A stretch of 64,000 nucleotides of DNA, taken from the NCBI RefSeq assembly GCF_036971445.1, contig NC_091470.1, forward strand, positions 313,224,001 through 313,288,000, read 5' to 3'. The position numbers and the translations under genes were made by a program. The DNA comes from Narcine bancroftii (Eukaryota). A model generated the notes under the pieces. It made no database searches. It saw nothing but the letters and a program-made list of their open reading frames with translations, and was not told the origin of the DNA. Positions within the stretch are counted from its first letter, which is position 1. Every line of letters starts with the position of its first letter. Below, one piece after another: positions 62,321-64,000 of this stretch.

Positions 62321-64000
62321 TTAAAGACATCAGCTTCAAACACTGGCTATTTAATAGTGTGAAATAAAGTGCAGTTAAGATGCAAAAAATAAAATGCAAC
62401 TTGAAATGTTCTTCAAAGTATGAAAATATGAAACTCTGCAATTCTCCCCCAGCAATTGTTTAGCAAGACAAATCTTTTGTAAAAAAAAGAACATGATAAA
62501 ACTACTTAAAATATTCATATATTTTATATAAACATGCACAATTAATCTTATTTACTAGTTATGAAATAAATGCAAGTATTGGATGAACACTTTAACAACA
62601 CACAAAACTAGGAAGGAATTAATTCATGGGAGTTACAAATGGCAATTAGATTGAGAACAGTTACTACTTTACACAATTATGCATTTCTACCTCCCTATTA
62701 GCATGGTTATAGTCAACACCTGACCACTGTCCAGACAGCCTTCAACTTTGATAGCCTGAGCAATACTGAGCATAACTTCAAATGATGCATCCTCTTCATC
62801 ACCAAGGTCTCCCTCCATTGTATCATACCTTCCCTCTCCGAACCATGGCATTACATCATGCCTCTTCAAACTGGCCCATCTTTCAAATATCTGAACTTCT
62901 AAACTCACAATATTTTTGTTCTTTCTTGATCAGCCTCTCTCTTTCCATCAATAAACTCAAATTCCTGTCAAAATTTAAGAACCTGCAACATAGTTCTCAG
63001 AGGATTTCTGGTCAAGACCTTGCGATTAATATCCTCTTGAACAAATCACTCTACAACCATACTTCATTCCATTTTGAAACTCTTCCAGTCTTGTGTCTTG
63101 GGTACTCCACTTTTGAAATTTTCCTAACCTGATGCAAAGAGCTGATCATACTAATTCTCAATTCCCTGCATTCAGAAACTAGAAAAATGGACTCGACATC
63201 AAAATCTTAAATGACAACTGAAGTTCCACGCCAAAAACACATTTACGTTCTTTTGTAAGAGGCCCAAAGCATTTAAAAATGAAAACTGCTAAGTAGTCAT
63301 TTAAATGTTAACAAAAATCAGAGATTAAAAAGTTTTTTTTTTAAATTAAAAACTTTAAATAATTTGCTTTCTCTCCCCTTTATCTCATGGGGAGGAAACC
63401 CACTGATCTGATTCATTACTGTCTAGCATGGGACTGGAAAAAAAAAAACAGGTTTTCCCAATAAAATACTGGAAATTTCTATTTTATTCCATATGTGCCA
63501 ATATCTAGCTATCACCTTGCCCTAGATTTGCATACACAAATCTAAAGCTTGTGAATGCAAGTCTGGGATATACCCAAATGTTGGTGAATCCAACTGCATA
63601 GGCACCAATTGCTTTCCAATATTTTCTTTAATCTAGCTTTATTTCAGTTCTGGCATCTTGGTCATCCTTCAGTACCCCACCATCTGTGCCATATCTTGAA
63701 GTTTTGTTTTTCTTTGTCTTTGGTTTAATTCATCTTAATCACATTTGTTATTCCTTTCTTTTCACATTGAATTTGTACCAAAAATCCCTTTGGCACCATT
63801 AACTAAAGTTTTGGGCCCTCTTGTATCTTCACTTTCATAAACAATAGAAATTATTGATTAAAAGGCTGTATACTGTATGTTCCGATAAATATTTTACCCC
63901 ACACAGCAAAATAATGATCGTAATGAAGGGGAAAAAAAATCAAGAACAACAACAGGTTAATAGATGCCCTCAGGTAACATTGCTCAAGAAAAATGAAACA

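Overview
Vertebrate genomic DNA, AT-rich and dominated by repeats. The repeat mix (CR1, Rex1/Babar-like, L1, RTE and Penelope-like retroelements, tRNA-type SINEs, Tc1) suggests a cartilaginous fish, which is an inference. The only host gene visible is the middle of TRAPPC9 (NIBP) on the minus strand. It has 7 GT-AG exons (122, 126, 217, 144, 124, 146 and 86 nt) whose phases splice into one continuous frame, and both gene ends lie outside the window. The introns are heavily nested transposon debris. Most notable are: (1) a TSD-bounded ~2.85 kb L1-derived element with ORF1 but no ORF2 ('half-L1'-like); (2) a young RTE LINE inside it with an uninterrupted RT ORF and a twin-priming-type 5' inversion; (3) about nine degenerate minimal hammerhead-ribozyme-like motifs at Penelope termini; (4) three clearly bounded solo LTRs, including a 174-bp one, plus a fourth with an unclear end; (5) an inverted L1 pair flanking one exon; and (6) short locally templated insertions. 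Boundaries of old repeats are approximate, and family names and human comparisons come from motif recognition and memory, not database searches.
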